Source: Patescibacteria group bacterium
GTDB lineage: Bacteria; Patescibacteriota; Patescibacteriia; XYB2-FULL-38-15
Assembly: GCA_041653675.1 (NCBI GenBank)
Contig: JBAZEY010000001.1
Coordinates: 64,098 to 128,097 of the forward strand
Reading direction: 5' to 3'
DNA: 64,000 nucleotides
Both the position numbers and the translations under genes were made by a program. Within the stretch, counting starts at the first letter, position 1; every line of letters starts with the position of its first letter. Positions 1-9,391 of this stretch are shown piece by piece. The notes under the pieces are model-generated. The model searched no databases and had not been told where the DNA came from. It saw nothing but the letters and a program-made list of their open reading frames with translations.

Positions 1-1
1 G

Positions 2-1117
2 GATAAAAATGGGAAAAAAATTTGGTCAAAAAGTTATCAAGGCACTCAGGGGCCGGCTTTGGCGGAAGACGGAACTATCTATTTTTTGGCGCAGGACACA
101 ATCATTGCTTTGGATAAAAATGGAAATGAAAAATGGAAATTCAAAACCAATGGAAATACGGGCTTTGGCCCAACCATAGGACCGGACGGAACTGTTTATC
201 AAGGCAGTTGGGATAAATATTTTTACGCGATAAATAAAGACGGGACTTTAAAATGGAAATACAAAACGGCGGGAACGATCTCTTATCCCGCCAGTATCGG
301 CCAAAACGGAACGATTTATTTAGGAGGTGGCGATGCGCATGCCGGTCCCGACAGCAATCTTTACGCTTTTGATTTCGATGGAAATTTAAAATGGAAATAT
401 GATACAAAAGCCCTGCGGGTCGGTTCGCCGGCAATCGGTTCCGACGGATTGATTTATCTTCCAGCCGCTCCCTATTTGATTGTTTTGGATTCTTCGGGAA
501 ATTTAAAATGGAAAAAAGGTTCCGATTTCATTTCCAATAATAATATCCAAACAAATAATGAAGCAGGGTGCGGTGCTCCGCCCCTCCCGGCTTGTAACGG
601 AATCCGCCCCGCTGACGGAAATACACCGCCATCCTCATCATCTGGATGCGGTGCTCCGCCTCTTCCTCCTTGCAATGGCGGCAGTCTGCCGCAAAACGGA
701 AGTATATCCCAGCCACAAAACGGGAGCATAGTTCAGCCGCCTTCAAACAAAGATGATATTGCGGGAATTATCACCCCGGCGCTTTCTTCCGACGGGATAA
801 TTTATATCGGCAACGCTCAAGGAATTTTATCCGCCATTGATTCCAAAACTCAAGAAATAAAGTGGACTTATCAAACGGACGCCGACCCGAATCAGGCAGG
901 CTTTTACGGTTTGCCGAGTTTTCCGCTTGTTGATAAAAATGGAACAGTCTATATCGGTTCGGTCGACGGTAAAATGTACGCGGTTGATAAAAAAGGAAAA
1001 CTTTTGTGGAAATATCAAACCGGCGGAAAAATTTCCGAAGCTTCGCCCGCTTTTGATTCGGACGGCACGCTTTATTTTACTTCTCAAGACGGCTATTTGT
1101 ATGCGATAGGAAATTAA
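2..1117 (+). CDS. PQQ-like beta-propeller repeat protein (5' end outside window)
   Basis: Reading frame is open from the window edge; the track start at 59 is TTG. Repeated blade motifs 'DG(T/L)IY...(D/S)..G.LKWK(Y/F)' typical of PQQ-enzyme-repeat propellers. Central insert has two copies of Cys-rich 'GCGAPPLP(A/P)CNG'. Confidence 0.6.
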   Translation, partial: DKNGKKIWSKSYQGTQGPALAEDGTIYFLAQDTIIALDKNGNEKWKFKTNGNTGFGPTIGPDGTVYQGSWDKYFYAINKDGTLKWKYKTAGTISYPASIGQNGTIYLGGGDAHAGPDSNLYAFDFDGNLKWKYDTKALRVGSPAIGSDGLIYLPAAPYLIVLDSSGNLKWKKGSDFISNNNIQTNNEAGCGAPPLPACNGIRPADGNTPPSSSSGCGAPPLPPCNGGSLPQNGSISQPQNGSIVQPPSNKDDIAGIITPALSSDGIIYIGNAQGILSAIDSKTQEIKWTYQTDADPNQAGFYGLPSFPLVDKNGTVYIGSVDGKMYAVDKKGKLLWKYQTGGKISEASPAFDSDGTLYFTSQDGYLYAIGN

Positions 1118-1281
1118 ACGAGAGATGTTAGTCGAGCGATCCTTGATTGCAAAGACACTTCGTTTGAAGTTAAAGCGATCGTCCGCCCGAGCTTAATCCC
1201 GCCAAGGCGGGATTAAAATTCAGCGTCAGGATTTTCACTAAAAAGATTCGGATTTCGTTCAGTGTTCGGAGCCAATTAAAT

Positions 1282-1455
1282 ATGAATAGAAAAAGAATTA
1301 AAATATTATGTTTTGTTCTTGCCATATTGTTCGGTATTTTTATGTTTGTGTATGGTGAATTCGATGATAGTCCCGGAGGGCAAATGCTCGGACTCGTAGC
1401 AGTTGTCATTGGCATGGTGGGCATTATAAAGAGCAAGAAGAAAATTTCTAACTAA
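1282..1455 (+). CDS. small membrane protein (57 aa)
   Basis: ATG-initiated short ORF MNRKRIKILCFVLAILFGIFMFVYGEF... with one hydrophobic helix pair. Not in the track because it is under 60 aa. Native AT-rich codon usage. Confidence 0.3.
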   Translation: MNRKRIKILCFVLAILFGIFMFVYGEFDDSPGGQMLGLVAVVIGMVGIIKSKKKISN

Positions 1456-1613
1456 CGAGGAGTTTTCAAATGAATATAAGTTCCGGAGTTGTGATTTAGG
1501 ATTATTAAGAATATAAAATCGCTTTTGGCGGTTTTTTGTTTGTGGATGAAAAACTATGCCGACACCGAAAAAGGTGATAAGCTGATAATGGTTTTACTCT
1601 TAAACAAAACTCT

Positions 1614-3623
1614 ATGCGCTGCTCAAAGTGCGGCCGTTCCTTGGGGATGATCGCGAAGTTTTGCCCTAAGTGCGGTACAGAGGTTACTGCCGGACAAAAA
1701 AAGAAAAGTTTAATCACCTTTGTTGTCTGGCTGGCGGTTTTTTTAATTTTAATTCCGGTGTTTTATTATCTCTCTGTGAAGTCGGGGAGTCTGGAGGACC
1801 ATAGCAATTTGGAGATTTTTGGGGCGGTCGCGCTCGTCGCTTTTTTGACGGCCTGCGTTCTTTATCTCATTTATCTTATAATTTATTCCATCGTTCGTTT
1901 TTTTATTATCCATCCGATTGTTAGTTCAGTTGTTCTTGGCGCAGTTTTAATTTTGGTAGGTTTCGGGGCATATGCTTACCTGGCTGATAAAAATGAAAAA
2001 GACTTTTCTGATTCACTTTATTTAATCCAGGATAATTTGGCCGAAGCAACAGTGGCTAAAATAATGGGAGACTCTCTTGTGGCAAAAAAACCGCTCATTA
2101 CTGCGTCCTGGCAGAGAGTTGGCATTGAAACCCAAATGGTTTCGGGCAGATTAAAAGCTCTCAATGTGCCCAAAGAATTGGAGAGTTACAAAGAGGCGGC
2201 TATTGCCTGGACTGATGAAGTAGGGATTGCTTCTTTGGATCCCAAAGTTTGGAAAGACGTAGCGGATGATCCGGGAAATTTTGATTTAAAATTGAGAGAC
2301 AAAAGAGCAGAACAATTATTTGAAAAAAGTGTTCAAAAAATTTCCGAGTTCAAAGAATTTGGTGACAACTCTATTAAAATGAAAAACAATGTGTCGATGC
2401 TTTATATTGGTGCTAAGTTAAGAGTGGAGAGACACTGGTTAAATGGCATTACTCATTCCGAAAAAGCGAGTTTACTTGGGTTTAATTTTATTTCTTCGGC
2501 CGAGGCTGCTCTGCCGGCCGTGCCGGAGGTTGGTCCAGGAATGGATGTTACCTGCCAAGTTTGCGGCAATCCGAGCGTTAAGATGACTGATTATCAGAGA
2601 AAAATGTATAACTGTGATTTGAAATGTAATCCGTCAGGGCAGCAAGGGCAGAGCCAGGGTGGTGGAACGGTCGGTGGGCAAACAACTGGTGGAACGGTCG
2701 GCGGAACAAATAGCGGACAAACCGGAGGAACGACGGGCGGAACAGCTGGTGGCATGACGGGCGGAACAGCTGGGAGCGGTGATTATCAAACACCGACTCG
2801 CCGAATTTGTATTGGCCGCGGCGGGACGAGCACTGGTTCAGGCGGACCGACTAACGTTTATTGCGTCGAAGATGTTTTACAATCAACAAATGGCATTGAC
2901 GCTTCAGCTATTGGTTTTGCCAAAGGCGAAAAGAATTCAGGGAAAGATTGGGAAAACGGTTGGCATAATTTGGAGGGGTTGGGAGTTATTTCAACCGGCG
3001 AGCCGTCAGCGCAAGGTAATAGTCCGACCGTGCAGAAATTTTACGATGAATGTACGGCTCGGGGCGGGACCGTCGGCGGCGCGGGAATGGCCAAAGTCCG
3101 TCTTCCGACCACTGAGTTTGGTTACACTTGCGATTACAAAAAAGATAGTAGTACAGGGTGTTGGGCATTCTTAACTTATTCGGGTGGGGCATATATGGGA
3201 GGCAATCCCGGTTGCGAAGAAAAAAATCTTTTGCCCGATACTGGCAAAGAAGAGGCCGATAAAAAAGTTGGCGGCCGCTGGGACGGACATTATGTTGGCC
3301 CCTTGTCCGGCACTTGCGCGTCAACTTCAGGCAGGACTTACGCGGATACGGTTGGCATGGATTTTGCTGTGGTCAATAATGTCACTTATGATAGTACTGT
3401 GAATGTATATGTTTCAATTGACGAGGGGGGATTTGCTATTGAAACTTTTCAAACCTCAGTGGCTGTTACGAACGGAACCGCTTACGTTTCCGGTATTTTC
3501 TATTTTGGCTTTAATCAGAATGGTTTTTCTGGCAGTGGGTCAATGGATGCAACTGGTGTTTTTGAAGATGGCACTGTTGATTATGCCAGCTGTACTTTAA
3601 CTGGCTCGGGTACTAAGCAATAA
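1614..3623 (+). CDS. membrane protein with N-terminal double zinc-ribbon (CxxC...CxxC) and Gly/Thr-rich low-complexity linker
   Basis: N-terminus CSKCGRSLGMIAKFCPKCG. Several TM helices follow. Central (GGT.GG)n tract, then a C-terminal Cys-containing globular region. Confidence 0.5.
   Translation: MRCSKCGRSLGMIAKFCPKCGTEVTAGQKKKSLITFVVWLAVFLILIPVFYYLSVKSGSLEDHSNLEIFGAVALVAFLTACVLYLIYLIIYSIVRFFIIHPIVSSVVLGAVLILVGFGAYAYLADKNEKDFSDSLYLIQDNLAEATVAKIMGDSLVAKKPLITASWQRVGIETQMVSGRLKALNVPKELESYKEAAIAWTDEVGIASLDPKVWKDVADDPGNFDLKLRDKRAEQLFEKSVQKISEFKEFGDNSIKMKNNVSMLYIGAKLRVERHWLNGITHSEKASLLGFNFISSAEAALPAVPEVGPGMDVTCQVCGNPSVKMTDYQRKMYNCDLKCNPSGQQGQSQGGGTVGGQTTGGTVGGTNSGQTGGTTGGTAGGMTGGTAGSGDYQTPTRRICIGRGGTSTGSGGPTNVYCVEDVLQSTNGIDASAIGFAKGEKNSGKDWENGWHNLEGLGVISTGEPSAQGNSPTVQKFYDECTARGGTVGGAGMAKVRLPTTEFGYTCDYKKDSSTGCWAFLTYSGGAYMGGNPGCEEKNLLPDTGKEEADKKVGGRWDGHYVGPLSGTCASTSGRTYADTVGMDFAVVNNVTYDSTVNVYVSIDEGGFAIETFQTSVAVTNGTAYVSGIFYFGFNQNGFSGSGSMDATGVFEDGTVDYASCTLTGSGTKQ
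2640..2790 (+). repeat. imperfect tandem DNA repeats (GGTGGAACGGTCGG / GGCGGAACAGCTGG units) encoding the (G-G-T-x-G-G)n tract
   Basis: Repeated 12-15 nt units are visible in the sequence. Sits inside CDS 1614..3623. Confidence 0.5.
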
Positions 3624-3650
3624 AGGGCAAATACCCTTTGTTGTCTGCGG

Positions 3651-3682
3651 CGCTCGGGAATGCGAGTGCTCGCATTCCGCTC
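3651..3682 (+). terminator. perfect 10-bp palindromic hairpin GGAATGCGAG-TG-CTCGCATTCC after the stop of the upstream gene (no clear T-run)
   Basis: Read directly from the sequence. The track ORF 3638 start overlaps it, so the next gene more likely starts at ATG 3710. Confidence 0.35.
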
Positions 3683-3709
3683 ACTATCCTCGACAATAAT
3701 TTAATTAAA

Positions 3710-4576
3710 ATGTCTGATTCCTTGATTTTAAAAACCAAACCCTCGGCGGATTATGAATTGATTGATTCTGGCGAGGGAGAAAAATTGGAACGCTACGGGC
3801 GGTTTGTTTTTTCGCGCCCGGATCCGCAGGCGCTTTGGCCGAAATTAAATTTGGCCGCGTGGAAAAAAGTTGACGGAGAATTTACGCGGAGCGCGGAAAA
3901 GGCTGAATGGAAAATTAAAAAAGAAGTGCCCGGCCGCTGGCAGATAAATTTAGGTGGTTTGGGTTTTTGGATAAAACCCACGACTTTCAAACATTTGGGA
4001 ATTTTTCCGGAGCAAGTTGGAAATTGGGAATGGATTAAAAATTCAGTTAGCGGAGCAAAAAGAAAAGTTTCCGTCTTAAATCTTTTTGGCTACACGGGCG
4101 GAGCAACGCTCGCGGCGGCCTCGGCCGGAGCGGAAGTTTGCCATGTTGACGGATCAAAAGTCGCCATCACCTGGGCGCGCGACAATGCGGCATTATCAAA
4201 ATTAGATAAAAAACCGATTCGCTGGATTTTGGAAGACGCGGTAACATTTGTAAAACGGGAAATAAAACGCGGCCATCACTATGAGGGAATTGTTTTGGAT
4301 CCGCCGGCGTTTGGCCACGGGCCGGGCGGTGAACTTTGGAAAATTGAAGATAATTTTTTGGAATTAATGACTTTGTGTTTTAAATTATTGTCCGATAAGC
4401 CATTATTTTTTCTGATCAATGGGTATGCCTCGGGATATTCCGCCACGGCTTATAAAAATAATTTATTGCTGATGCTAGAAAAAAACGGCGGAACGCTTGA
4501 AGCGGGGGAATTAACAATTGAAGAGAAGAGCGGCCGGCTTTTGCCCTGCGGAATTTTTGCTCGCTGGAACGCATAA
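3710..4576 (+). CDS. class I SAM-dependent methyltransferase (RlmI/RlmK-like rRNA methyltransferase family)
   Basis: Motifs VLNLFGYTGGATLAAA (SAM-binding G-rich loop) and ILDPPAFG (DPPxF catalytic motif). Start moved to the ATG downstream of the hairpin. Confidence 0.55.
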   Translation: MSDSLILKTKPSADYELIDSGEGEKLERYGRFVFSRPDPQALWPKLNLAAWKKVDGEFTRSAEKAEWKIKKEVPGRWQINLGGLGFWIKPTTFKHLGIFPEQVGNWEWIKNSVSGAKRKVSVLNLFGYTGGATLAAASAGAEVCHVDGSKVAITWARDNAALSKLDKKPIRWILEDAVTFVKREIKRGHHYEGIVLDPPAFGHGPGGELWKIEDNFLELMTLCFKLLSDKPLFFLINGYASGYSATAYKNNLLLMLEKNGGTLEAGELTIEEKSGRLLPCGIFARWNA

Positions 4577-4577
4577 T

Positions 4578-5246
4578 ATGAAGCTTAATGTTTTATACGA
4601 AGATAATCATTTAATCGTGGTAGAAAAACCAGCGGGAATGCTTGTGCAAGGAGATAAAACTGGCGACCCTTGTTTAATGGATGAAGTGAAGAAATATTTG
4701 AAAGAAAAATATAAAAAGCCAGGCAATGTTTTTTTGGGATTAGTTCATCGGTTGGATCGTCCGGTTGGCGGGGTCGTGCTTTTCGCGAAAACAAGCAAAG
4801 GCGCGTCAAGACTTTCGGCGCAATTTCGCGAACGAGCGGTGGAAAAATATTATTACGCGGTTGTTCTCGGAAAAATGAAAGAGGTGAATGGCACGATTGT
4901 AAGTTTTTTAAAAAAAGACGAAAATAAAAATATAGTAGAAGTTTTTGATCGTGAAGTTGTGGGCGCCAAACAGGCGGAACTTTTTTGGGAGGTAGAAAAA
5001 GCGGGCGCGAAAAATACTTTGTTAAAAATAAAATTAGGAACGGGCCGGGCGCACCAAATCCGGGCGCAGCTCGCTTCAGTCGGCTATCCGGTTTTAGGCG
5101 ACGTAAAATATGGCGCGGATGAGCCCTTGCCTGATAAATCAATTGCTCTTTTTTCTGCTTCACTTACTTTTCTCTCGGCCACCGGCGGCAAATCAGAAAC
5201 AATTGAATTGCCTTGGCCAAAAGTTTGGGAAAAATATTTAAATTAA
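4578..5246 (+). CDS. RluA-family pseudouridine synthase
   Basis: HRLDRPVGGVVLFAKT motif (catalytic Asp in HRLD) and KYYYAVV. Start placed at ATG 4578 (MKLNVLYEDNHLIVVEKPAGM) rather than the overlapping upstream ATG 4518. Confidence 0.75.
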   Translation: MKLNVLYEDNHLIVVEKPAGMLVQGDKTGDPCLMDEVKKYLKEKYKKPGNVFLGLVHRLDRPVGGVVLFAKTSKGASRLSAQFRERAVEKYYYAVVLGKMKEVNGTIVSFLKKDENKNIVEVFDREVVGAKQAELFWEVEKAGAKNTLLKIKLGTGRAHQIRAQLASVGYPVLGDVKYGADEPLPDKSIALFSASLTFLSATGGKSETIELPWPKVWEKYLN

Positions 5247-5310
5247 TCCGGCTTCGCGAAAAAGAGTTTTTCCGACCGGTTTTTTGATTAAAAATTTAAC
5301 ATTACGAAGT

Positions 5311-5664
5311 ATGGCAAATCTCCAAGAAGTTTGGCTACGGATGCAAAAAACAAAAAAGAAACAAAAAGAAATCAGGTCGGCGTATAAAGATGCGCTCGTG
5401 AATAGCGCTGATTACGGAAAAATCGTGGAAGATTTAAAAACTCTTCGCGAAAAAAAGAAAAAAATTGAAACGGATGTGCGGGGAGATTTTACTTCCGAAT
5501 TTAATGAATTGGAAACCCTAAAAGCGGACACGGAAACTGACGCGGAAATGCTTTCAGATCTCGCCTTAAATACTTTTGTGAAAGGCGAGACAGTTCAGGT
5601 GACTGATGAATACGAAAATAAATACGAACCGGTTTTTGTCGTGAAATTTAAACGGGTGTACTAA
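5311..5664 (+). CDS. hypothetical protein (charged, coiled-coil-like)
   Basis: ORF with native codon usage. No recognisable motif. Confidence 0.35.
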   Translation: MANLQEVWLRMQKTKKKQKEIRSAYKDALVNSADYGKIVEDLKTLREKKKKIETDVRGDFTSEFNELETLKADTETDAEMLSDLALNTFVKGETVQVTDEYENKYEPVFVVKFKRVY

Positions 5665-5745
5665 CGTTATAATGGAAATGGACGCCGGTTTTAAAAAATG
5701 ATAAAATTTAATCGGTGTCCGCCTAAATAATAATCTTAATGCGTT

Positions 5746-6468
5746 ATGAGAAAACAGGCATTTTCCATTGTAGTTTTAGCTATTTTGGCCGTTATTTTTT
5801 GGCCAAGCGGCGAAGTTAAAGCTGAAGAGTGCTGCGGCTGCGATCCGATTTACGACCGCGATTTGCGGGGTGAAGTGATTATCAGCGCTTACGTCCGAAA
5901 CGAGCCATGCACGGTGAATTCCACAATTTTAAAAACCGTGGTCAAGGGATCGGTCATTAAAGTTATCGGCGAAACGGACGGCTGGTATAAAGTGCAATTG
6001 GCTGACGGAACAGTTGGTTGGGTCGGCCAGGTTTTAATGCAGCTCACTGACAAGGCCTTAACAAATACTTCCGGCACAACGAGTGGCACCGGGACTTCTG
6101 CGACGAGTTTAACAAAATATCTTGGTTACATTTTTTTAGCGGTGGAAAAACACGGCGAGGCGTACTACTATTATCCGGTGGATAAAAAAGGATATTATCT
6201 TGGCCGACCGGCAGACGCATTTAATGTAATGCGAACTTTGGGCCTTGGCGCGACGCACGATTTTATCACGAACACCACTTATTTTCCGACGAGCGTGGTT
6301 GGGAGAATTCTGCTCGATGTCCAGTCGCACGGCGAAGCCTATTACATTTATCCAAAGGACAGGAAAAAATATTATCTTGGCCGGCCAGACGATGCCTACA
6401 GTATTATGCGGAGTTTAGGCCTGGGCATCAGCAATACAAATCTGACCGCGCTTCCGTTAGCGCAATAA
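5746..6468 (+). CDS. secreted SH3b-domain protein with two tandem ~55-aa repeats
   Basis: N-terminal signal peptide. SH3b-like segment (YVRNEPCTVNSTILKTVVKGSVIKVIGETDGWYKVQLADGTVGWV). Two copies of HGEAYY(Y/I)YP.D.K.YYLGRP.DA...MR.LGLG. Confidence 0.55.
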   Translation: MRKQAFSIVVLAILAVIFWPSGEVKAEECCGCDPIYDRDLRGEVIISAYVRNEPCTVNSTILKTVVKGSVIKVIGETDGWYKVQLADGTVGWVGQVLMQLTDKALTNTSGTTSGTGTSATSLTKYLGYIFLAVEKHGEAYYYYPVDKKGYYLGRPADAFNVMRTLGLGATHDFITNTTYFPTSVVGRILLDVQSHGEAYYIYPKDRKKYYLGRPDDAYSIMRSLGLGISNTNLTALPLAQ

Positions 6469-6512
6469 AAAATTTAACCCCGGATTTAATTCCGGGGTTT
6501 TGGTTTTAAATT

Positions 6513-7748
6513 ATGAAAAAAATTATTTTGGTAATAGTCGCAGTCATTTTTTTAGTTGCCATCGGCTGGGCGGGAATTTATTTGTGGAAAAACTATGGCG
6601 GGTTTTTGAGAAATATTGAAGAGCCATCAGTAAATATCGTGAATTCGCTGGAAAACCAAAATATTAGCCCACTGCCGCCGAACTCCACCAAAATTCCGCT
6701 GACCTTGCCAAACGGATTTTCTATTTCCATTTTTGCAAAAAATCTTGGCGCGCCGCGCGTTGTTATTTCTGATGAAGCTGGACGGCTGCTTGCGAGCGTT
6801 CCCAGCGCCGGGAAAATTTTTGCTTTGCCAGACAAAAATCAGGACGGCGCAGCCGATGAAACTATCGAAGTGCTTAGCGGTTTAAATAATCCGCACGGCC
6901 TGGCCTTGTGGTGTGAAAATGAAAAATGCAGTTTGTATGTCGCGGAATCGGACAAATTATCAGTTTATGATTATGATAAAGAAAAAGCCGCCGCGACAAA
7001 TGGAAAGAAAATTGTTGATTTGCCGGGTGGAGGTAGGCACTTTACGCGGACACTGCAATTTTTACCAAATAATCCCGATAAAATTTTAATTTCTGTTGGT
7101 TCGTCTTGTGATGTTTGTAATGAAAGCGATTGGCAGCGGGCAAAAGTTTTAGTTGTTGATATTAAAACCGGCGAGCTCAAAGTTTTTTCCTCAGGTTTGC
7201 GTAATTCAGTTTTTATGGCTGAACATCCGGTAACGGGAAAAATTTGGGCGACGGAAATGGGTCGAGATTTTTTAGGCGACAATCTGCCGCCGGATGAAAT
7301 TAATATTATTGAGGATGAAAAAAATTATGGCTGGCCTATTTGTTACGGAAAAAATATTCACGACACGGTTTTTGATAAAAATGTTTACATTAGAAATCCG
7401 TGCATGGAGCCATTTGAAACGCCGTCTTATATTGATATTCCGGCGCACTCGGCGCCGCTCGGTTTGGCTTTTGTCGCGGAAGGAAGCGGTTGGCCGAAAG
7501 ACTATGAAAATAATTTATTGGTTGCGTATCACGGTTCTTGGAATAGAAGTGTTCCGGCCGGATACAAAATTGTTCGTTATAAACTGGATGCGGAAGGAAA
7601 ATATCTTGGCGAAGAAGATTTTATTTTCGGTTGGCTCGCGGGCGGAGAAGTCCTCGGCCGTCCGGCGGGAATTTTATTTTTTGACGGCGCGGCTTATGTT
7701 TCCGACGATAAAGCCGGCGTGATTTATAAAATAACTTATCATCCTTAA
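6513..7748 (+). CDS. PQQ-dependent sugar dehydrogenase (soluble glucose/sorbosone dehydrogenase, YliI-like)
   Basis: N-terminal TM anchor. Motifs GRDFLGDNLPPDEINII, KNYGWP, GLAF typical of the SGDH beta-propeller family. Confidence 0.7.
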   Translation: MKKIILVIVAVIFLVAIGWAGIYLWKNYGGFLRNIEEPSVNIVNSLENQNISPLPPNSTKIPLTLPNGFSISIFAKNLGAPRVVISDEAGRLLASVPSAGKIFALPDKNQDGAADETIEVLSGLNNPHGLALWCENEKCSLYVAESDKLSVYDYDKEKAAATNGKKIVDLPGGGRHFTRTLQFLPNNPDKILISVGSSCDVCNESDWQRAKVLVVDIKTGELKVFSSGLRNSVFMAEHPVTGKIWATEMGRDFLGDNLPPDEINIIEDEKNYGWPICYGKNIHDTVFDKNVYIRNPCMEPFETPSYIDIPAHSAPLGLAFVAEGSGWPKDYENNLLVAYHGSWNRSVPAGYKIVRYKLDAEGKYLGEEDFIFGWLAGGEVLGRPAGILFFDGAAYVSDDKAGVIYKITYHP

Positions 7749-7766
7749 ACGAGGGGAGGTGAATTT

Positions 7767-8129
7767 ATGAATTGGAAAAAAGCTATTGGTTTTGGCGCTC
7801 TGCTTTGGGGACTAATGTTTATTATAGTTTGCATTTTTATTGGTTTTAAAGTTCCTGAATCAACTTGGCTAAACGTTGGATATGCCATTGTTGCCGGTAT
7901 CATCTCTTTCGTTTTGGCCGGTTATGTTAAGCCAAAAAGTTATGGTATGGCGCTCGGTTATGGTGTTTCCTGGCTCGTGGTCGGCGTAATTTTGGACGCC
8001 ATTATCACGACGCGGTTTAATCCGGCAATCTTTACGGCTTGGACACTTTGGCTCGGCTACGGCCTTGCCGTCTTGGCGGTTCTTTTAAGAGTTAAAAAGG
8101 AATCAGCAGTATCTCCGCCCATGCCATAA
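7767..8129 (+). CDS. small integral membrane protein
   Basis: Four predicted hydrophobic helices. RBS GAGGGGAGG upstream. Confidence 0.4.
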   Translation: MNWKKAIGFGALLWGLMFIIVCIFIGFKVPESTWLNVGYAIVAGIISFVLAGYVKPKSYGMALGYGVSWLVVGVILDAIITTRFNPAIFTAWTLWLGYGLAVLAVLLRVKKESAVSPPMP

Positions 8130-8237
8130 TTTTTATTTTAGTCGCGACTAAAATACTCACCTTTGGGGTGGGTATTTTGTTTGCGCTAAATTTTTATTTA
8201 TGATAGGACAAACAGAAGGGGAGATAAGGAGGGAGTG

Positions 8238-8825
8238 ATGGAGGAGAGGAAGATCAACTGGCGAGATCAGGCATTGAAGCCTATCGTGGAAGTGTTTCCG
8301 CCGTGGGTCAAACCCAACCATCTGACCTACACCCGGGCCGCGCTGGTAGTACCCGTGGCAGCGTGTCTTTGGCATGGCTCAAACATTCTGGCAGTGGTTT
8401 TTCTTTCAGTTGCCGTACTGCTGGATATGTTGGACGGCGCCATGGCGCGAATCCGAAACCATCAGACTTCAAACGGCGAATGGCTGGATGCTTATGCCGA
8501 CAAGCTGCTCATTGTTGGACTACTTCTGATCTATGGCTGGGATCATTTCCCGGCCGCGCTCATCTGGGTTATTTTCGCGGTTGAGGTGGTTCTTTGCCTC
8601 GGCCGGCCGATCAAGATCTGGCTCGGTAAGTCGGGCAAGGCAAACGTTTTCGGCAAGATCAAGATGTGGCTGCAGAGCGCGGCTGTCATCGGACTTGCGG
8701 CGCACGCTAGCTGGACGCTCGTCGTTGCCAATGTTACTTTGTGGTCCGCGCTCGTCTTCGCCAGTTTGAGCGTCGCTTTCCATCTTCGCGACATTTTCGC
8801 GCGAAGTCAGCCAGCCGCCGGATAA
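8238..8825 (+). CDS. CDP-alcohol phosphatidyltransferase family protein (GC-rich gene)
   Basis: Signature D-G-x2-A-R-x8-G-x3-D-x3-D present as LDMLDGAMARIRNHQTSNGEWLDAYADKL. Strong SD AAGGAGGG. About 57% GC against ~40% in flanking genes. Confidence 0.65.
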   Translation: MEERKINWRDQALKPIVEVFPPWVKPNHLTYTRAALVVPVAACLWHGSNILAVVFLSVAVLLDMLDGAMARIRNHQTSNGEWLDAYADKLLIVGLLLIYGWDHFPAALIWVIFAVEVVLCLGRPIKIWLGKSGKANVFGKIKMWLQSAAVIGLAAHASWTLVVANVTLWSALVFASLSVAFHLRDIFARSQPAAG

Positions 8826-8845
8826 GGAGAATCCGGGCGGTTCGT

Positions 8846-8889
8846 CCCGCATTTTGTCTTCGGACGGGGTGCGGGATTTTTTCTTTTAT
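8846..8889 (+). terminator. rho-independent terminator (CCCGCA...TGCGGG stem + T-run)
   Basis: Hairpin cccgcattttgtcttcggacggggtgcggg followed by attttttctttt. Confidence 0.6.
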
Positions 8890-8959
8890 TAATTTGTGGT
8901 ACAATAATAAAAAGAGTCATTGCAAAAAATAATTTTTATAATAATTAAGTTAAAATTTT

Positions 8960-9271
8960 ATGGGAAAAAACACATTTATGAAGGGTGCGCTGCTCGGCGC
9001 ACTAATTGGCACGGCCGTTGCGCTTCTTACAACTAAAAAAACTGGCAAACAAAGGCAAGAAGAATTTAAAAAAGCTCATCCGGAACTTTCCGCTAAAATT
9101 TTGGAAGCGGTTGGAAAAATGAAAGTGATGAGTAAAGAAAAATATGAAGAGGTGGTGGAGAAGGTAGTCGTGGAATACGGCAAAAAAAAGAAAATGGCCG
9201 GAGCGCAGATCAAGGAAATAATGGCAGAATTGAAAAGCAAGTGGAGCGATATTCAAAAGCACATGAAATAA
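8960..9271 (+). CDS. YtxH-like small protein (N-terminal TM GxxxGxxxG + Lys/Glu-rich coiled coil)
   Basis: MGKNTFMKGALLGALIGTAVALLTTKKTGKQ... resembles the YtxH/DUF948 architecture. Confidence 0.5.
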   Translation: MGKNTFMKGALLGALIGTAVALLTTKKTGKQRQEEFKKAHPELSAKILEAVGKMKVMSKEKYEEVVEKVVVEYGKKKKMAGAQIKEIMAELKSKWSDIQKHMK

Positions 9272-9391
9272 AATTTTTAAAAAACAAGTCTAAAATAAAC
9301 ATTGGACTTGTTTTTTTATTTATGTTAAATTTGTTTTTAACGGATTGACGGATCCGTTTTTTTAGCCGGGGGAGGGAGGAGGAGCACGGGC

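Noticed and set aside
1170-1436. Minus-strand ORF 1170..1436 (88 aa)
   Set aside because: Antisense to the small membrane-protein gene and overlaps the upstream hairpin. Low-complexity translation.
4518-4577. Upstream extensions of track ORFs (4518 for rluA-like, 11560 for GT2, 36914 for helicase, 48863 for AMP phosphorylase, 56998 for PBP, 3638 for methyltransferase, 10139 TTG for GT2)
   Set aside because: The extensions overlap the upstream gene, a terminator hairpin or a promoter. Internal ATGs with better context give typical N-termini.
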